NCBI GenBank assembly: GCA_963841915.1
Contig: CAWJEN010000006.1
Coordinates: 608,001-672,000, forward strand
Direction of reading: 5' to 3'
Length of the DNA: 64,000 bases
Origin: an uncultured Planctomycetota bacterium
GTDB taxonomy: Bacteria; Planctomycetota; Phycisphaerae; Tepidisphaerales; Tepidisphaeraceae
Positions within the stretch are counted from its first letter, which is position 1; each line of letters begins with the position of its first letter. The notes under the pieces were generated by a model that was not told the origin of the DNA, did no database searches, and was given only the letters and a program-made list of their open reading frames with translations. The translations under genes and the position numbers were made by a program. Positions 20,669 through 29,883 of the stretch are shown here, one piece after another.

Positions 20669-20727
20669 TGGAACCAAAGCGGGCACATAACGTGCAGCTG
20701 ACATACATTGTGCCCAATGCTATTGCA
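20669..20727. promoter_or_regulatory. Putative operators TGGAACC-AAAGC-GGGCACA (20669-20687) and half-site TGTGCCC-AATGC (20709-20720)
   Basis: Match to the locus palindrome upstream of the prepilin-like gene. Confidence 0.6.
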
Positions 20728-20836
20728 TGCTTGCTCGTTCTATGTTAGCTTTAACCGGTCCGACCACACGCAACGACCTGAACGCTCGGGTAGCTCGCTG
20801 CGGACGGCCTTTAAGAAGATCCTGAGGAGGAAGCTC

Positions 20837-21766
20837 ATGTCTCGACTGTCCTATCTAACCCGCGCTCGCGGATTCACGCTGATCGAACTCCTCGTGGTCA
20901 TCGGGATCATCGGGTTGCTCTTGTCCATCCTGATTCCGACGCTCACAAAGGCCAAAGAGTCGGCCGTCAACGTCAAGTGCCTGTCAAACATGCGCCAGAT
21001 GGGCATGGTGCTGCACCAGTACGCCAGCGAAGATTCGTCGAGGGACTTCCCGATGTATGAGGCGTTCGGCATCGATCCTAAACTCTCGCTGGCGAAGCGG
21101 ACGAAGATCGATCCGAACACGCTCGGCGGATGGTCAGGCAGAATGAAGTTCCTGCCCAAGCTTCGGGAGGAAGGGTTCCTCCTCGACTTCGAGGTCGCCT
21201 TCTGCCCCAACGCCTGGGAGCAGGAGTTCGAGTACGTCGAGATCGGCCCCGATCAGTTCGAATTCAAGCACACCGGCCCGACGCCTGTCGATAAGCCGTT
21301 GTTCCACTGGACGCCCGCCTTCGCCCAGGGCGGCCCGGGCGGCATCGCACACCGCAGCCGCGGCGAGTACATGTACCTGGGCCCCGGCACGACCAACAGC
21401 GCCTGGGTCGAAAAGGTTGTCTCCAAGGAACTACTCGACCGCTTCCCGCACCAAGGGGTCAGGCAGCCGGGGCTCGATTCCTCGAATGCCAGCAACCGCT
21501 TGTGGTACGGCGTTCGATCCACCGGCCAACTCAATTCCATCGCGCTCTTCCCGTTCGCGGGCAGCGAAAAGAAGATCATCAATGCTGATTGGGGCAGCGA
21601 ATTGCTGCCACTGATGGGCGAAGCCGCCGTCGGCAACTACACCTCGACCTTCTTCGCTGGTCGTGCTCCGCATGGCGGTAACGAGGTCGGTACAACCAAT
21701 CAGCAACGTGACGGCACGGGCAACTACCTCATGGTCGACGCCAGTGCCTCCACGCTTCCCTTCTGA
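20837..21766 (+). CDS. Prepilin-type N-terminal cleavage/methylation protein (DUF1559/H-X9-DG-like)
   Basis: RGFTLIELLVVIGIIGLLLSILIP..CLSNMRQMG; C-terminal PHGG..GNYLMVDAS variant of H-X9-DG; GAGGAGG RBS. Confidence 0.88.
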   Translation: MSRLSYLTRARGFTLIELLVVIGIIGLLLSILIPTLTKAKESAVNVKCLSNMRQMGMVLHQYASEDSSRDFPMYEAFGIDPKLSLAKRTKIDPNTLGGWSGRMKFLPKLREEGFLLDFEVAFCPNAWEQEFEYVEIGPDQFEFKHTGPTPVDKPLFHWTPAFAQGGPGGIAHRSRGEYMYLGPGTTNSAWVEKVVSKELLDRFPHQGVRQPGLDSSNASNRLWYGVRSTGQLNSIALFPFAGSEKKIINADWGSELLPLMGEAAVGNYTSTFFAGRAPHGGNEVGTTNQQRDGTGNYLMVDASASTLPF

Positions 21767-21797
21767 GCCTCAGGCGACACTCGAGACCCATTAATGA

Positions 21798-21831
21798 AAC
21801 GACTCCGCCCGACGGCGGAGTCGTTCCTTTT
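21798..21831 (+). terminator. Intrinsic terminator
   Basis: AACGACTCCGCC-cgac-GGCGGAGTCGTT 12-bp stem followed by CCTTTT, between convergent genes. Confidence 0.8.
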
Positions 21832-21852
21832 GTAGAGACTTCGCCTGTAGCG

Positions 21853-23013
21853 CTAGTCAACCACGGTCACCGCTGCCGCCGGTTGACTCTTGCCGACCGG
21901 GTTGCCGTTTCCGCGGAGCTCCAGCATGCGATCAAGGGCCACCATCGACCACTTGCGTGTCGCCGTGTCGACGCTGATCTGGTTCACCACATTTCCGGCT
22001 ACCAGCTCTTCAAGCACGTAACACAGGTGCGGCAAGTCGATGCGCGTCATCGTCGTGCACAGACACTGGCACTCGCTGAGGACAAAGATCGTCTGCTCCG
22101 GGTGCTGCTGCTTGAGCCGGTGGACGAGATGCACTTCGGTGCCGATCGCCCACACGGTTCCGGGCGGGGCGGCCCGTACCTGATCGACGATGTACGCCGT
22201 GCTGCCGGCCATGTCTGCCTTGTCGACGACCTCCTTCTTGCACTCCGGGTGAACAAGTACCTTCACCTCCGGATACTGCTCGCGAGCCTGATCGACGTGT
22301 TCCGGGCGAAACAGGGCGTGCACGCTGCAGTGGCCTTTCCAAAGCAGGAACGTCGCCCGCTTCAAATCTTCGGCCGTATTGCCGCCTAAATCTTTCCGCG
22401 GGTCCCACAGGACCATGTCGCGCTCCGGGTCGAACCCCATCGACGCGGCCGTATTGCGGCCGAGGTGCTGGTCGGGGAAGAACAGGACTTTCTGCCCCTT
22501 CGTCAGTGCCCAATCAAGCACGGTTCGCGCGTTCGAGCTCGTGCACACCGCGCCGCCGTGTTCGCCGACGAACGCCTTGATGTCGGCCGACGAGTTCATG
22601 TACGTCACCGGAACGACGGGCGGCTCGCCGCCGAACACCTCCGTCAGTTGCTCCCAGCATTCCTCGGTCTGATCCAGATCGGCCATGTCGGCCATCGAAC
22701 ACCCGGCCCCGAGGTCCGGCAGAAGCACCGCCACGTCCGGCCCGGTGAGAATGTCGGCCGTCTCGGCCATGAAGTGCACGCCGCAGAAGATGACGTACTT
22801 CGCCTCCTTCAGATCCGCCGCGAACCGCGACAGCTCGAACGAATCGCCTTGCTTGTCGGCAAATTCGATGACGTCGTCATGCTGATAATGGTGCCCGAGA
22901 ATGACCAGGTCATCGCCCAGCTGTTCCTTGGCTTCGGTGATGCGGAATCGCAGCTCCGGATCGGTAAGCTCGTTGTAAATCGACGGCAGCGGTCGTTGCC
23001 AGGTCATGGGCAT
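21853..23013 (-). CDS. nadA: Quinolinate synthase
   Basis: ILGHHYQ, FCGVHFMAETA, AGCSMADM, TYMNSSA, CTSSNA, GHCSVH, VHPEC, CLCTTM. Confidence 0.95.
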   Translation of the reverse strand: MPMTWQRPLPSIYNELTDPELRFRITEAKEQLGDDLVILGHHYQHDDVIEFADKQGDSFELSRFAADLKEAKYVIFCGVHFMAETADILTGPDVAVLLPDLGAGCSMADMADLDQTEECWEQLTEVFGGEPPVVPVTYMNSSADIKAFVGEHGGAVCTSSNARTVLDWALTKGQKVLFFPDQHLGRNTAASMGFDPERDMVLWDPRKDLGGNTAEDLKRATFLLWKGHCSVHALFRPEHVDQAREQYPEVKVLVHPECKKEVVDKADMAGSTAYIVDQVRAAPPGTVWAIGTEVHLVHRLKQQHPEQTIFVLSECQCLCTTMTRIDLPHLCYVLEELVAGNVVNQISVDTATRKWSMVALDRMLELRGNGNPVGKSQPAAAVTVVD

Positions 23014-23090
23014 GCCCTTTTGTACGTCACCGGCATTAAAATGTGCAGCCGACGTCCGCTCGACGGGCCGGGCGGACATGAACCCTGTAC

Positions 23091-25031
23091 GTGCGGAACC
23101 TTCCCGAACAGTCTGACGACGCGGACCTGTTAAGGCAGTACGCACGGGATCGTGACGACGTCGCGTTTGCCCGCGTCGTCGCTCGGCACACGCGGGCGGT
23201 GCGGCACATTGCCTACCGGCACACGCACGACAACCACGCCGCCGACGATGTCACGCAGGCGGCCTTCATCGTCCTGGCCCGTCGGCCCAGGGCAGCCATG
23301 CGGTCGGCCAGGCGTCGCCGGACGGCGTTGCCTTGGCTGGCCAAAGTCTGCCGATACGCCGCCGGGAACTGGCGGCGCAGCGAGCGTCGCCGAAGCCGCC
23401 GCGAACAGGTCGTCGCCCGTGCCGACGTCTACCCCGACCCGACGGCCGGGCACGATCTGGCCGACGCAATTCGGTCTGCCCTCGCCTGCCTGCCACGCCG
23501 GGACCGCAGACTCGTCGAGCTTCGGCACGTGTCGCAGATGAGCTGGGACCAGGTCGCCCGCGAGGCCGGCACCTCACCCGACGCCGCCCGCAAGGCGACG
23601 TCGCGGGCGCTGGTTCGACTCCGTGAAGTGCTCGACCAACGCGGCGTGGTCACCGGAACGGCGGCCGTCGTTGCCGCACTCGCTCGATCCGCGGCGGCTT
23701 TACCCGTACCGCCTGCGACCGCCGCGTCGCTGGCCTCCTCCGTTTTACTCACCATGAAGATCAAGGCTCTTTCAACCGCCGCTCTCGCCACCGCAGCCAC
23801 GCTCGGCCTTGCCGCCAGCGTCTACGCGCTAGCTCCGGACAGTCCGCCGCCCGCCGCGACGCAGCCAATCGCCTCGTCAAAGCCGTTCGTCGTCGACCTC
23901 GGCGGCGGCGGAAGGCTCGAGGTGCTCTACGTCGCCGAGCACAAACCCGGCGGCCGCGTCTGGAACCCGGACGGCTCGCCGAGCGACCGCGAGCGGCTGT
24001 TCGCCGATGACGACGTGATCGAGAAAGGCGGCCTTTTAGAAGTCGCCGTTCGTGTCACAACGCCGGCGGGTCAGCCGTTCTTCACATACACGACGCAACC
24101 GACCGAAGCCGGCGTCGATGCCATCGAGAACTGGCGGTGGGGCGTCAACGAGGCAGTGCGTCAGCAACGCCAGCCGCTGCGCGATCGCGGCTTCGACCTC
24201 GTCGTTGTCGATCCCGCGGCAGACACTGAAACGGTCGCTATCAACACCACTGTGCCGCTGGGCGAATGGCAGGTGCTGCATCGATGGAACAACATCGGCA
24301 TCAGCGGCAACATGGACGCCAGTGCACGCGAGGCCGGCGGCATTGCGACGCCCGCCGCCGTCGGCACCTTCGCGAGTGACATGGCAGATGACGATGGCTC
24401 GCCGATGTTACAGACGCGGTGGTTCCTCGCCGACGCAGAAGCCTGGCAGCTCGACACCCGCGCCCGCCTGAGTGACGGCACGATGGTCGACATGGGCGAA
24501 GTCAGCTACTCCGGCTCCGGCGGGCACATCGGCGTCTCGACGCTGAAGGGCCATCACCGGGCGGCGGTCGAGTTCTTCGAGCTGATGGGCCGACCCAAAG
24601 GCGGCGTGTCGCTGAGCGGGCTGGCGGCTCGGCCGGACGTGGAGAGCGAACCGCTGGCCGAAGTCGACGAAGCGGCGACGCGCCCTGAGTCAGCGTGGCC
24701 CGAAGGCGGTCGGCCCAAGTTCGAGCAGGCGGTCGAGGTCGACGTCGAATATTTTAGTTGGTCCTTCTTCGCACTGCGGACGCAAGAGGCGATCGGCCTG
24801 CCCGTCGGCATCGACACCTACCTGCTCCGCGGCGCGGGGATCCGCGATCACGGCTCGACCGATGCGAAGTTCACTGCCGCCGCCGGTGACGACGTGCTCG
24901 ACACGCTCGATGCTGCCGTCAAACGGCACGACGAGCGCCTCGGCGTCATCTGGCAATCGGGCCGCTTCCTCATCACGCTCGACCCTGACCTGACGCCACC
25001 GCCGGTGAAGCCGGGCGAGTCGTACGAGTGA
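23091..25031 (+). CDS. ECF sigma factor with transmembrane helix and long C-terminal extension
   Basis: DADLLRQY..AFARVVARH, ADDVTQAAFIVLAR region 2; LPRRDRRLVELRH..SWDQVA region 4; hydrophobic KALSTAALATAATLGLAASVYA then about 400 aa extension. Confidence 0.85.
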   Translation: MRNLPEQSDDADLLRQYARDRDDVAFARVVARHTRAVRHIAYRHTHDNHAADDVTQAAFIVLARRPRAAMRSARRRRTALPWLAKVCRYAAGNWRRSERRRSRREQVVARADVYPDPTAGHDLADAIRSALACLPRRDRRLVELRHVSQMSWDQVAREAGTSPDAARKATSRALVRLREVLDQRGVVTGTAAVVAALARSAAALPVPPATAASLASSVLLTMKIKALSTAALATAATLGLAASVYALAPDSPPPAATQPIASSKPFVVDLGGGGRLEVLYVAEHKPGGRVWNPDGSPSDRERLFADDDVIEKGGLLEVAVRVTTPAGQPFFTYTTQPTEAGVDAIENWRWGVNEAVRQQRQPLRDRGFDLVVVDPAADTETVAINTTVPLGEWQVLHRWNNIGISGNMDASAREAGGIATPAAVGTFASDMADDDGSPMLQTRWFLADAEAWQLDTRARLSDGTMVDMGEVSYSGSGGHIGVSTLKGHHRAAVEFFELMGRPKGGVSLSGLAARPDVESEPLAEVDEAATRPESAWPEGGRPKFEQAVEVDVEYFSWSFFALRTQEAIGLPVGIDTYLLRGAGIRDHGSTDAKFTAAAGDDVLDTLDAAVKRHDERLGVIWQSGRFLITLDPDLTPPPVKPGESYE

Positions 25032-25100
25032 TGCCGAAGCCGACGAAGCGGCAGGCCGGTCATCGTGCTTCGTCGTGCTTGAACCGTTACGCTCTCTGGC

Positions 25101-26105
25101 GTGTCCCAGCCGCCGCCTGTTCCTGCACCTGCTGAGAATTGGTCCACCGGCATGCCGCAGCAGGTGGGGACGCTGGGGTATGCAAATTTCGCCGCGAAGC
25201 CAGCCATCGTAACGACGTTGTCGGTGCTGAGCATCGTCATCGGGTCGCTCGGCCTGCTGGCCAACGCGTGTGGCGTCGTTAGAGCGGCAGTCCTCATGTT
25301 CTTCATCGCCGTTGCGCCTGCGCCTGGTGGGCGACAGGCCTTCGGGTCCGTGGTTTCGACCCCGGCCGGGTCCATCAACCCTGTTGACGCCGCCATCATT
25401 GCCGATGCGTTTGAGCAGCATTTGCCCCTGTCAGCTGCCGACCGTGCCCGGTTGATCACGGCATTGCCTATGGCTGAAGTGCCACTGGCCCCGCCAGCGG
25501 GAAGCCAATGGTCGGTCGGCTGGGTTGAAACGCAGATTGAAGGCGGAAGCGCGCAGGCTCTATCCGGTGGCGCGGTGAGCACCTACACGATGAGCAACGG
25601 CGGAAGCGTGAGCATCGATCCCAATGTCATTAAGTTCATTGCCATCACGCCGAGAGGGCAGGTCAACATGACGATGGTAAGCAACGACGGCACGGTGACA
25701 GTCGGCGGGATTACTCCGGCCGGAGCTCCCATGGTGGGGGCAGGTGGCCGCTTCAAGGTAATGGCAACGCTCGGCGTGGAGGTGCTGGAACTGCTCTTAT
25801 CGGGCTGGCTGCTCATTGCAGGAATTCGCGGCGCGACGGGTCACCGCAGCTCGCTCACATGGCACCGTTAATGGGCCTGGTCTCGTCTGGCCGTCGGAGT
25901 CGTCGGTGCCGTCTTAATGATGAAGATGACGTGGAACCCGTTCGCCGGCTTGGTCTTGGGTAGTGGCTTGCCGGCCAATACTGCCGAGGCGCTGAAGACA
26001 GTTTTTTCTGGCGTCCTCGCATTCGCCTGGGCGGCGGCGTATCCGGTCGCGGTGTTGATCATGCTGCGGTCGACGCGGCTGCAGGCGTGGTACGGGAGAC
26101 CGTAA
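25101..26105 (+). pseudogene. Membrane protein interrupted by in-frame TAA at 25869-25871
   Basis: ORFs 25101-25871 and 25917-26105 are in the same frame; reading through gives continuous TM segments (WHR*WAWSRLAVGVVGAVLM..YPVAVLIMLR). Confidence 0.7.
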
Positions 26106-26216
26106 TCTGACTCGGCGTGACGCACCCGCACGTCACCAGCCCCGCAAACGGTGTCGCAGCGGGACAGAAACGCAAACGACGGCCGACGACCCGCCGACGC
26201 ACTCGGCGGAGCAAAA

Positions 26217-26232
26217 TGTTCCACGTGGAACA
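26217..26232. promoter_or_regulatory. parS-type centromere site TGTTCCACGTGGAACA
   Basis: Perfect 16-bp palindrome matching the TGTTNCACGTGNAACA consensus (extends to 20 bp, 26215-26234). Confidence 0.88.
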
Positions 26233-26283
26233 TTCCGGCGGAGGTAAAAACCCCCGCCGCAGCACGCCAACGGGGTCGGCCGA

Positions 26284-26299
26284 TGTTCCACGTGGAACA
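26284..26299. promoter_or_regulatory. parS-type centromere site TGTTCCACGTGGAACA (second copy)
   Basis: Identical palindrome 67 bp downstream of the first. Confidence 0.88.
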
Positions 26300-26361
26300 T
26301 TTGGAGGTCACCGAGCCTTCGCCGCCCCCGTGCGCCGATTTGGCCGCCGCGGCGCAACAGA

Positions 26362-26389
26362 AGAGCGACGCCCGATCGGGCGTCGCTCT
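26362..26389 (-). terminator. Perfect 28-bp palindrome, probable terminator of nuoB
   Basis: AGAGCGACGCCCGA/TCGGGCGTCGCTCT 20 nt after the nuoB stop; weak U tract on the minus strand. Confidence 0.55.
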
Positions 26390-26409
26390 CGTCACAGCTT
26401 GAGGTTGTG

Positions 26410-26982
26410 CTACTTGCGGTTGAGCACCGTGCCGCCCAGGCCCAGCGGGACGGGCTGCGGTGCCGGGACGTAGCTGGGCTCGACGACGAGGTTGAGCGGC
26501 CGACGCTTGCCCTCGGGAGGCAAGCCGTCCTCATCGATCTTACGCTGGATGGCCATAATGCCCTCGATGAGCGTCTCGGGTCGCGGCGGGCAGCCGGGGA
26601 CGTAGACGTCGACGGGCATGAACTGGTCGATGCCCTGGACCGTCGCGTAGGCGTCGAAGACGCCGCCCGTCGAAGCACACGCTCCCATGGAGATGACCCA
26701 CTTGGGCTCGGTCATCTGCTGATAGATGTGCTGGAGGACGGGCATCATCTTGATGGTCACGCGGCCGGCGACGATCATGAGATCGCTCTGGCGGGGCGAG
26801 AACCGCATGGCCTCGGCACCGAAGCGGGCGAGGTCGTAGCGGGAGCTGGCGGTGGCCATGAGCTCGATGCCGCAGCACGCCGTCGCAAACGGCATCGGCC
26901 ACAAGCTGCTGCGGCGGGCCCAGTTGACGACCCGCTTCAGGTTCGTCGTCAGCACGTTGTCCGGCAGAGTCGTGACGTCCAT
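26410..26982 (-). CDS. nuoB: NADH-quinone oxidoreductase subunit B
   Basis: [53 protein letters not shown] 7 nt before ATG 26982. Confidence 0.96.
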   Translation of the reverse strand: MDVTTLPDNVLTTNLKRVVNWARRSSLWPMPFATACCGIELMATASSRYDLARFGAEAMRFSPRQSDLMIVAGRVTIKMMPVLQHIYQQMTEPKWVISMGACASTGGVFDAYATVQGIDQFMPVDVYVPGCPPRPETLIEGIMAIQRKIDEDGLPPEGKRRPLNLVVEPSYVPAPQPVPLGLGGTVLNRK

Positions 26983-27048
26983 AGATCCCATACTACGCGA
27001 CCGCGACGGCGGGTGTTTGGCCGGGTGAAAGTGAAAGACAGGCTTCGC

Positions 27049-27717
27049 TCAAGCCGCTTCGGTCACCGGAACCCGCTTGCTCCCCATGAATGCCGCTGGC
27101 AGAATGCCCAGGCCGACGACCGTCAGGACGATGCCACCGATCAGCAGCATCGTCCTGCCGCCCCCGGTGTCGACGTCAACGGCGTAGGCCAGCACCGGCC
27201 GGCCGGCGCTGTCGGTCCGCTGGGTCGCAGCCTCGGCCCCGTCGGGCAGCGCGACCTTGAGGTTCATCAGCATGACCGCTGTAGGCCCCTCGGACTGCGT
27301 GTAGTTGTAGCGAAAGACGCGGGCCGCATCGTCGGGTTCGCCGTCGCCCATCTCCGGCTCGAGTTCGAACTCGTACCTGCCGTCACCCCGATGCCTGGCC
27401 ACGCCTCTGGCGGCGACGGACATCTTCATCGTGCGGTCCATCTCGTCCTGCTCGAGATCGAAGTCGTCGACCACATATTGGCTGACGAACTGGCCCATGT
27501 CGCGGCGGAGCAGAGACGGGTTGTCGCCGTACTGCTGCTTCCAAGCGGCCCAGCCTTTGGCCGACATCTTCATCTCGAAGGAGATGGCGGCGTCGCCAAG
27601 TTCGTCGAGTTCGATCGAGATGTCGACCGGCATGACGTCGACCTGCGGGGCGACCTGTGCAGAGGCCGGCAGGGCAAAGGCGAGGACGGCGAGAAACGCG
27701 AAGGTGATCTTGTTCAT
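27049..27717 (-). CDS. Hypothetical exported protein with C-terminal membrane anchor
   Basis: Signal peptide MNKITFAFLAVLAFALPASA; C-terminal TM LLIGGIVLTVVGLGILPAAFM; alternative GTG 27741 overlaps the upstream stop. Confidence 0.75.
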   Translation of the reverse strand: MNKITFAFLAVLAFALPASAQVAPQVDVMPVDISIELDELGDAAISFEMKMSAKGWAAWKQQYGDNPSLLRRDMGQFVSQYVVDDFDLEQDEMDRTMKMSVAARGVARHRGDGRYEFELEPEMGDGEPDDAARVFRYNYTQSEGPTAVMLMNLKVALPDGAEAATQRTDSAGRPVLAYAVDVDTGGGRTMLLIGGIVLTVVGLGILPAAFMGSKRVPVTEAA

Positions 27718-27737
27718 ATCGTTGAAGTCGAAGGTTT

Positions 27738-29429
27738 TCACTGGCCGGCGGCGATGGTGGTGGCGACCTGCTGCCACGAGGTGTCGCCTTGGGGCGACAT
27801 GACAGCCACACCGATGAGGCGGCCGTTGGTCGGGACGAAGTACATACCGCCCTCCAGGATCATGCCGTTGGCGGCCATCTGGACCATCACGAGGTTCGCC
27901 GGCTTCCCGGTGAACTGGGTTTCCTGGCTACCACCGAACTGAATGCCGGCGCCCATCTGTGAGGCAAAGTCGGCGAGTTGTCCGATCGCCTGCTGCTGAT
28001 TGACGGGGCCGAAGTCGTACGCCTCGATCGACCGCATGCCCGTGCCGTCGACGGCATTGAAGGCATAGCTGGGCAAGTAAGGTTTGACCTGCTGAACGAT
28101 CAGGCCGTTGGGTTGATAATCGAGCGGGTAGCGGACAGTCAGGCCAGCGACCATGGTCGAGGGCCAGTTGCTGACCGTCGGTTGCGGCGCGGGAAGGCCC
28201 GTCGGATTGACAGACAAGGTGGCGTCTGTCGAGGTGGTCGCATCGGGCGTATTGGTCGCGCCGGACCGGCTGTCTTTTACCCGCTGAGCGAGCATGTCGC
28301 TCAAGCCGGCCAAGTCAGCCTGCTGAAACTCGGGCGGACGGATGCCGCGCCCTTGCTCTGCGGTGACATCGACCAGTCGGCCCGGCAGCTTGCCTGCCAT
28401 GAGCTCGCCGAGCTGCTTGTTGCCTGCTTCGACCGCCTGTTCGAAGGTCATCGTCCCGCCGAGGTTGCTGCCACCGACGCCGGTCGACTCGATGGCGATC
28501 ATCGTCCCGTCTGCCGCCTTGAGCACCGGGTAGCAGTGACCGGGCACGAGAATCAGGTAAGCGTCAGCTCCGGCACCCTTGCCCAGCGCTGCCCAAAGCA
28601 TCGCCAGCTCGATGCAGAGTCCGCTGTTCTGATAGACGACGTCGCGTGGCAGGCGGACGCTTTGGACCATGCTCGTCGTGTCGCCGAGCTGCTCGGGCAC
28701 GCCCGCGTTGCCGGCATAGGTCATGCCGGTGTCGGCCATGAAGTCGTAGATGCTCCGCATCACCTTGGCCAGCTCCTTGGCGTCGCTGGTGATGGGCAGG
28801 CCTCCCTTGGTTTCACTGATCTTGCCGAGATATTGACGCACCACTTCGTCCTCGTGCGTGACGAATGCGGCCGTCAGCTCGGCGTTGTCGAACATGTCGT
28901 ACCAGCCGAGCACCTCGTCGGCGGGCAGGCTTGTGTACTCGATTTCGGTGACGCCGCGGAACTCGAAGTCGCGTCGCTCAATCTGCTCTTTGGGTTCGCC
29001 GTCGTCGTTCCAGGCGAGCTTGACCTCGAGGCTGGCGGGCGTGCGGGTGCGAATGGTCGTCACGCTGCGAGGCAGTCTCGGGTAAAAGACGACACCCGCG
29101 GTCTGACCCGGCAGCAGTTGTTCCGCCGCCTCGGGCGTGGTCCAGGTGTCGAGGTGTCCCGGAATGCGATAGCTGATTTGCAGATCGTCGAGCGGTGCGT
29201 CGCCGTCGTTGGTGAGACGTAGCTTGCCGAGCCAGTACTTGCCGTCGGCCGCTTCCTTGTTGCCGTACGCCTTGTAGGCGACGGTCATGACGGTCGGCTT
29301 GAGATCGAGTCGGTAGTTGAGCTTGCCACCCGATGGAGCGGCGACGATCCAGGCGGCGATTGCCAAAAGGCCGAGCAGCAGCGATGCTGCGCCAGCGATG
29401 AGCAAGGTTCGGGCGTTGCGTGAGGTCAT
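27738..29429 (-). CDS. Membrane-anchored protein with transglutaminase-like (Cys-His-acid) domain
   Basis: N-terminal TM; QSVRLPRDV..SGLCIELAMLWAAL..LILVPGHCYP..IAIESTG. Confidence 0.7.
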   Translation of the reverse strand: MTSRNARTLLIAGAASLLLGLLAIAAWIVAAPSGGKLNYRLDLKPTVMTVAYKAYGNKEAADGKYWLGKLRLTNDGDAPLDDLQISYRIPGHLDTWTTPEAAEQLLPGQTAGVVFYPRLPRSVTTIRTRTPASLEVKLAWNDDGEPKEQIERRDFEFRGVTEIEYTSLPADEVLGWYDMFDNAELTAAFVTHEDEVVRQYLGKISETKGGLPITSDAKELAKVMRSIYDFMADTGMTYAGNAGVPEQLGDTTSMVQSVRLPRDVVYQNSGLCIELAMLWAALGKGAGADAYLILVPGHCYPVLKAADGTMIAIESTGVGGSNLGGTMTFEQAVEAGNKQLGELMAGKLPGRLVDVTAEQGRGIRPPEFQQADLAGLSDMLAQRVKDSRSGATNTPDATTSTDATLSVNPTGLPAPQPTVSNWPSTMVAGLTVRYPLDYQPNGLIVQQVKPYLPSYAFNAVDGTGMRSIEAYDFGPVNQQQAIGQLADFASQMGAGIQFGGSQETQFTGKPANLVMVQMAANGMILEGGMYFVPTNGRLIGVAVMSPQGDTSWQQVATTIAAGQ

Positions 29430-29507
29430 CGTCCCCCACATGCGTCAGCGCGACGCAGGCGGGGCCAGACGATCGACAGATTGTGCGATTCGTCGCGACA
29501 GGCCTGA

Positions 29508-29792
29508 CTAAAGCAGCCCGACAATCTCCGCGGCCCGTCGCAACGTTGCGCGAGTCATACGCACGACGACTTCGGGTGGCAGCTCTTTGGCCTCGTCCGT
29601 CTGGTACTCGGCCGGGATGACGCTCAGCGCAAGGTCACGTACTTCGAGTTCGACGGACTGCTGACGTTCTTGCTGGCCCGCCAGGTCGTCGCGGCCGATC
29701 GGATTGATGGCGTCATGCGCGAGCATCAGCGTGCTGATCTGCCAGTCGTAGTAGCTGTGCGAGCCGCTATGAGACGAAGACGCGTCGGACAT
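29508..29792 (-). CDS. Small conserved hypothetical protein
   Basis: Coding-like composition; TACGCT 5 nt before ATG 29792. Confidence 0.65.
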   Translation of the reverse strand: MSDASSSHSGSHSYYDWQISTLMLAHDAINPIGRDDLAGQQERQQSVELEVRDLALSVIPAEYQTDEAKELPPEVVVRMTRATLRRAAEIVGLL

Positions 29793-29883
29793 GCCGCAGC
29801 GTAAGCGCAGCAGGGCGCAAGCAAGCGGGGCGTGTCGGAACACGCCCCGCAGATGCCGCTCCTCTACAGCATCAATGCCGTGC

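Noticed and set aside
25869..25871. Stop-codon reassignment or selenocysteine/pyrrolysine readthrough
   Set aside because: The codon is TAA, which terminates other genes normally (for example at 20635-20637 and acpP); it is a single isolated case
26407..27942. 511-aa plus-strand ORF and similar long antisense ORFs (50804-52243, 52966-54363, 62571-63797)
   Set aside because: Antisense shadows of well-supported genes, expected in high-GC DNA
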